Shown: positions 60,169 through 64,000 of the stretch, one piece after another
How positions within the stretch are numbered: the first letter of the stretch is position 1
Layout of the letters: each line of letters opens with the position of its first letter
Assembly (NCBI GenBank): GCA_965226885.1
Contig: CBDDEL010000016.1
Location: forward strand, 96,001 to 160,000
Length of the DNA: 64,000 nt
Origin: Opitutales bacterium
Lineage (GTDB): Bacteria > Verrucomicrobiota > Verrucomicrobiia > Opitutales > UBA2987
Direction of reading: 5' to 3'
Made by a program: the position numbers and the translations under genes
The notes under the pieces: generated by a model
Database searches by the model: none
Told to the model about the DNA's origin: nothing
Seen by the model: only the letters and a program-made list of their open reading frames with translations

Positions 60169-60936
60169 TTATTGTTTTGTGCCACGGCGACGGCGTCGAG
60201 CATCGCGCAAGCGGTGGCTTTGCCCGTTGGCTTCGAGGATATGCACCCGATGGGTGAGTCGGTCCAGCAGAGCTCCGGTGAGCCGTTCGGAACCGAGCAC
60301 TTCGATCCAGTTCTCAAAGGGCAGGTTGGTGGTGACGATGAGACTGGTGCGCTCGTAAGCGCGGCTGACCACGTCGAAGAGCAGTTCGGAACCGGTCTTG
60401 GAAAAAGGGACGTAACCGAGTTCGTCGAGGATGAGTAGGTCGAGCCTTTCGAGTTGCTTCATGAAGCGCTGCAGGTCGTGGTTGTCGCGTTGCTCGAGCA
60501 TATGGGTAACCAGGGCGGTGACCCCGAAGAAACGGATCCGCGGGCCCTGGGCACAGGCGGCAAAGCCCAGGGCGGTGGCCAGGTGCGTTTTACCGGTACC
60601 GGCGTTACCGAGGAGCAGCACGTTTTCGCGCTGGTCGACATACTCCCCGCGCATGAGCTCTCGGATGAGCGCTTCGTTGATCGAGGGCTGCGCTTCAAAG
60701 GCGAAGCTCTCGAGGGTCTTGAGCACGGGGAAACGGGCGTTTTTGATCCGCCGCTGGGCGGCCCGCTGTTCGCGTTCAATGAGCTCCCGTTCGACCAGAT
60801 GCAACAAAAAGGCGGCGTAATCGAGCCGGTCCCGGGAACAAGCCGCGGCCACCGCCGGCCATTCGCGCAGGATGGTGGGCAACTTCAGTTTCTTGAGGTG
60901 ATGGTGTAACAGCAGCTGTTTTTTTTCTTCCTTCAT
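60169..60936 (-). CDS. istB: IS21 helper ATPase
   Basis: GNAGTGKTHLA; LLILDELGY; TTNL; LLDRLTH. Confidence 0.95.
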   Translation of the reverse strand: MKEEKKQLLLHHHLKKLKLPTILREWPAVAAACSRDRLDYAAFLLHLVERELIEREQRAAQRRIKNARFPVLKTLESFAFEAQPSINEALIRELMRGEYVDQRENVLLLGNAGTGKTHLATALGFAACAQGPRIRFFGVTALVTHMLEQRDNHDLQRFMKQLERLDLLILDELGYVPFSKTGSELLFDVVSRAYERTSLIVTTNLPFENWIEVLGSERLTGALLDRLTHRVHILEANGQSHRLRDARRRRRGTKQ

Positions 60937-62438
60937 AAAGCCCCTCCTGGAATCTTGAGCAGTTCGCTGTAGGCACCGAGGTCAGGGGCGGCCACACGGA
61001 CGTGACGCAGGTGTGGATGGCCGTCCAGCCGGAAGGTTCTGCTCCCGTAGTCTTCCTGAGGATAGAGATACTGGGCGATGGCCTCACGAGTCAGTCCCCC
61101 CACCCGCAGGGCCGAGACGACGGCCTGCTGCAAGGCCGCCATGGGGTGTTTCTCCAACAGCCGCAGCACCCGGATATACTCCCGGGTGCCTTCGCCCCCG
61201 CATTGGCTTTCGAGCCGGCGTCTGAGGACCTGCAGGCACTGCGGCAACTGCCAGCCCGAGAGTGGGCGGGCGAAGTCCAAAGCGCCCGGTTTTTTCTCCA
61301 GCAAAGCCAGGTAGTGCACCGGCTCGAAAGAGACTTGCTCTTTATCCCAAATGCGGCGGTGCCGGGCCACCTCTTGGCCCCCACAGAAGATCACCACCTG
61401 CCGACAGGACCCTTCCACCACCACCGGATGGTGGGCGCAGCGCACCGGCACCGAATAGTCGTTGCACTCGAAGCGCACCAGCGAGAGGCTGCTGACGCAG
61501 GTCGAGCGTTTGCGGCTCGCTTCAAAGGGTATGGGCGGCAACGCCAGCATGACGGCGCGCTCCTCGGCCAGCAGTTCCTTTTTCACCGCCCTTTTCCCGC
61601 GTAATTTACGCTCCATGTCCCGCTCACATGCCTCCAACAGCTTTGCGTTGAGTTCCTCCAGGTCCCGAACCTGCGGTACCGGTACCAGGAAGTTGGCCCG
61701 GGCATAACGCACGATCCCCTCGACCACGCCCTTCTCGTTGGGCCGGGCGGGCAGACAGAAGTGTTCCTCGAACAGGTAATGGCTCTGTAGCTGCAGAAAC
61801 CCGTCGGTCAGCTTGCGTTCACGCGAACCGATAATCTTACCCACCGCCACCTTCGAGTTGTCATAGCTGATGCGCCGGGGCACCGCCCCGAAAAACTCAA
61901 AAGCTCGCAGGTGCCCCTCCCAGAAGCTCTCCGTGCACTCCCGTTCGAACACCTGCACGAAAAAGGCATCGCTGTAGGGCAGGCTCATGGCAAAAAATGG
62001 CCGCCTACGCAATTGCCCCGCCTCCTTCACCAGGGCATGACCGAAGTCCACCTGTCCCTCCCCGGGGCGGTGCTCCAGCGGCACGAACACTTCCCGCCGC
62101 CTCGCTCGCAGCTCGGCCACCACCTCCTTGACCGCCGTGTAGCCCCCTTGGTAGCCCTTCTCCCGACCCAAACGCTGGTAGATCCGTTTGGCCGTATGGC
62201 GCTGCTTCTTGGGCACGTTCCGGTCCGCTTTGAGCACCTCCTCGATCCAGCCCACATACGGATCGATCTTGCGCTCTCGCCTCTTCTTGCGCCGGTATCC
62301 CGGCGGCTGGGAATAGGCCAGCATCTTTCCCAGGGTCTCCCAGTGCAGTCCCTCTTCTCGCATTACAGAGCGCTTGCTCTGCTTGTCCCGCAGCACTTTG
62401 TGCCGCACTCTTGTCCATTGCTTCATATCTCGATACAC
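60933..62438 (-). CDS. istA: IS21 transposase
   Basis: KQRHTAKRI; GQVDFG; YDNSK; NEKGVVE; NDYSVP. Confidence 0.95.
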   Translation of the reverse strand: MYRDMKQWTRVRHKVLRDKQSKRSVMREEGLHWETLGKMLAYSQPPGYRRKKRRERKIDPYVGWIEEVLKADRNVPKKQRHTAKRIYQRLGREKGYQGGYTAVKEVVAELRARRREVFVPLEHRPGEGQVDFGHALVKEAGQLRRRPFFAMSLPYSDAFFVQVFERECTESFWEGHLRAFEFFGAVPRRISYDNSKVAVGKIIGSRERKLTDGFLQLQSHYLFEEHFCLPARPNEKGVVEGIVRYARANFLVPVPQVRDLEELNAKLLEACERDMERKLRGKRAVKKELLAEERAVMLALPPIPFEASRKRSTCVSSLSLVRFECNDYSVPVRCAHHPVVVEGSCRQVVIFCGGQEVARHRRIWDKEQVSFEPVHYLALLEKKPGALDFARPLSGWQLPQCLQVLRRRLESQCGGEGTREYIRVLRLLEKHPMAALQQAVVSALRVGGLTREAIAQYLYPQEDYGSRTFRLDGHPHLRHVRVAAPDLGAYSELLKIPGGAL

Positions 62439-62514
62439 TCCTCCTTTCTAGGATAAGCGTACCGGTTTTAAAGCGCCCTCTTTACCGTACCGGTTTTTCC
62501 CCGGCGTTTACAAA

Positions 62515-62694
62515 AGGAAAACTCGCGAACATCTCCGCGGTCTTGAGATCAAAGACAAGCCGGCAGGCATGTTAATCGTAATGCAGAATATCAAGCTCAT
62601 GCGCCCGGGGATGCTCCGTGAGTTCGAGAGAGCCGGATACACCTGTATTGGCAAGACCCCAAAAGGATTCGACCTCTGGATACACGATTTTTAG
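62515..62694 (+). pseudogene. Probable orphan 3' gene fragment truncated by IS21
   Basis: Open frame from the IS21 end: RKTREHLRGLEIKDKPAGMLIVMQNIKLMRPGMLREF...WIHDF*. Confidence 0.55.
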
Positions 62695-62749
62695 AAAGCT
62701 ATCGTTGTATACGGGATTGTGTTGAATCCCTTTCTGGTATAACTGAATA

Positions 62750-62765
62750 GAGGCTGTCCCAAAAA
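62750..62765 (+). repeat. Orphan IR identical to the IS5/ISNCY-like end
   Basis: GAGGCTGTCCCAAAAA preceded by TA, followed by sequence unlike copies A-D. Confidence 0.8.
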
Positions 62766-62853
62766 CCGGTTCGACCTGAAACTAAACCTCTGCAAGTGCC
62801 ATCGCCCCAAAATCAAAAGAATCGGGCAGTAACGAACACCTCGTGCTATTAGA

Positions 62854-64000
62854 TCAGCGGCGGGCCTGAGCTACCTGTGCCGCTGTGATTGTGCCTAGTT
62901 CCTTGGCGAACTGGGTGCGTGAATAATTGATAACGGAAGCAATCTCCTCGTCGCTCAAATGGTCGAGAGCCGACATGACGTTTTCATAATCACTGTTCAT
63001 TACCCACCCGCTGCCTTCCAAGACCAGCCGAAGGGTTTCCGAGGCATTGCCTCGCAACTTCTTCGATCCCAATAAAGAAGGCTGCATACCGTCAACCCCC
63101 TGCCCGTCGGCCTGGTGGCATGAAAGACAATGCTGCCGGTATAACGCTCCTCCGTCCACATTCGGTTTAATCATTTCGAGAGCGGTAACGCCGGCCGGAA
63201 TTTCACCTCCAAGGCTCGAATCAACCCCTGGCATGGATGCATCCTTTCCGGTATAAACGATGCGCCATATTCTACCTTTCTGGGAATCGCTCAAGTAGAG
63301 GGAACCGTCCGGCCCCTCGGCCAGGCCGACCGGCCGCCAGCGCGCATCATTCGGGTTTTCCAGGATTTCCCGGCCTTTGAAACCGTCCGCGAATATTTCG
63401 TAGTAATCGTCTTTCAGATTTTTCCCCTCGAATGGGACAAATACGACATTGAACCCCTTTTGCGGCAAGGGAGCACGGTTCCACGAACCATGAAACGCAA
63501 TGAAGGCGCCGCGGCGGTATTTTTCCGGAAATTGCTCTCCGCCGTAGAACAAAAGATCATTCGGCGCCCAGTGTCCGGGAAAGGCCAAAATGGGGTCGTA
63601 ATATTTGCCTTCGGGCGCTTGTTTTTTACCATCTCCGCCATATTCCGGCGTTGTCATGCGGGCGCCCAGAAAGTGATCGAAGTAAGCGTAGGGCCAGCCA
63701 AAATCGGACCCATCGCGCACCAGCATCAACTCTTCTGCGGGTTGTTCCGATCCCTCCTTTTCACTATAAAACTCCGGCCATAGCTGGAAGAGCTGGTCCC
63801 TGCCATGCTGCACTACATAAAGCTCCTGATTCTTCACACTCCAGGCCAGGGCGATTGAATTGCGGATACCGGTGGCAAAATGGTGACCATCTTCGAGCTG
63901 GGTCTGCCCAGTCCGGTCCGCCCGGAAGCGCCAAATGCCGGCCGATCTCTTCAATTGGGGGCAAGGATCGATCCCAGGCGAACCCGCCGTGCGGCTCTTT
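62854..64000 (-). CDS. Glucose/sorbosone dehydrogenase-like beta-propeller with C-terminal cytochrome c; 5' end outside the window
   Basis: GIRNS, DFGWPY, HWAPND, FHGSWNRAP, RPVGLAEGPDGSLY; heme motif CLSCH. Confidence 0.88.
   Translation of the reverse strand, partial: KSRTAGSPGIDPCPQLKRSAGIWRFRADRTGQTQLEDGHHFATGIRNSIALAWSVKNQELYVVQHGRDQLFQLWPEFYSEKEGSEQPAEELMLVRDGSDFGWPYAYFDHFLGARMTTPEYGGDGKKQAPEGKYYDPILAFPGHWAPNDLLFYGGEQFPEKYRRGAFIAFHGSWNRAPLPQKGFNVVFVPFEGKNLKDDYYEIFADGFKGREILENPNDARWRPVGLAEGPDGSLYLSDSQKGRIWRIVYTGKDASMPGVDSSLGGEIPAGVTALEMIKPNVDGGALYRQHCLSCHQADGQGVDGMQPSLLGSKKLRGNASETLRLVLEGSGWVMNSDYENVMSALDHLSDEEIASVINYSRTQFAKELGTITAAQVAQARR

Larger units (their letters stand above)
59996..62512 (-). 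mobile_element. IS21-family insertion sequence (2517 bp)
   Basis: Ends TGTAAACGCCGGG; two AAACCGGTACG subterminal repeats per end; no TSD visible. Confidence 0.93.

Overview
A 64-kb bacterial chromosomal segment. It is probably Verrucomicrobiota/Opitutae-like, inferred from the long-N-terminus GreA, the PilV/W/X-like trio and overall gene content. Housekeeping genes include the glnD 3' end, mnmA, a 10-gene Mrp Na+/H+ antiporter operon, plsY-hom-lysC-thrC-cimA, rsmB, greA and tRNA-Ser(TGA); there is also a type III PKS cluster. Nine IS copies of five types (2 IS1380, 4 copies of an 1817-bp IS5/ISNCY-like element, IS3, IS1, IS21) occupy about 13.7 kb (about 21%). The region shows active decay: two genes are split by IS, three are frameshifted by short perfect tandem duplications (16, 8 and 4 bp), and there are IS-adjacent deletions and orphan gene ends. 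The most unusual observations are: (i) a homocysteine-S-methyltransferase-like domain lacking all three Zn-binding Cys, fused to a class I methyltransferase, with an in-frame TAG 16 codons before the apparent true end; (ii) a cNMP-binding domain fused to a UvrC-type helix-hairpin-helix tail; (iii) a recurrent tandem-duplication mutational signature, often without microhomology. No CRISPR array, rRNA or prophage was seen. All calls are by eye; no database searches were run.
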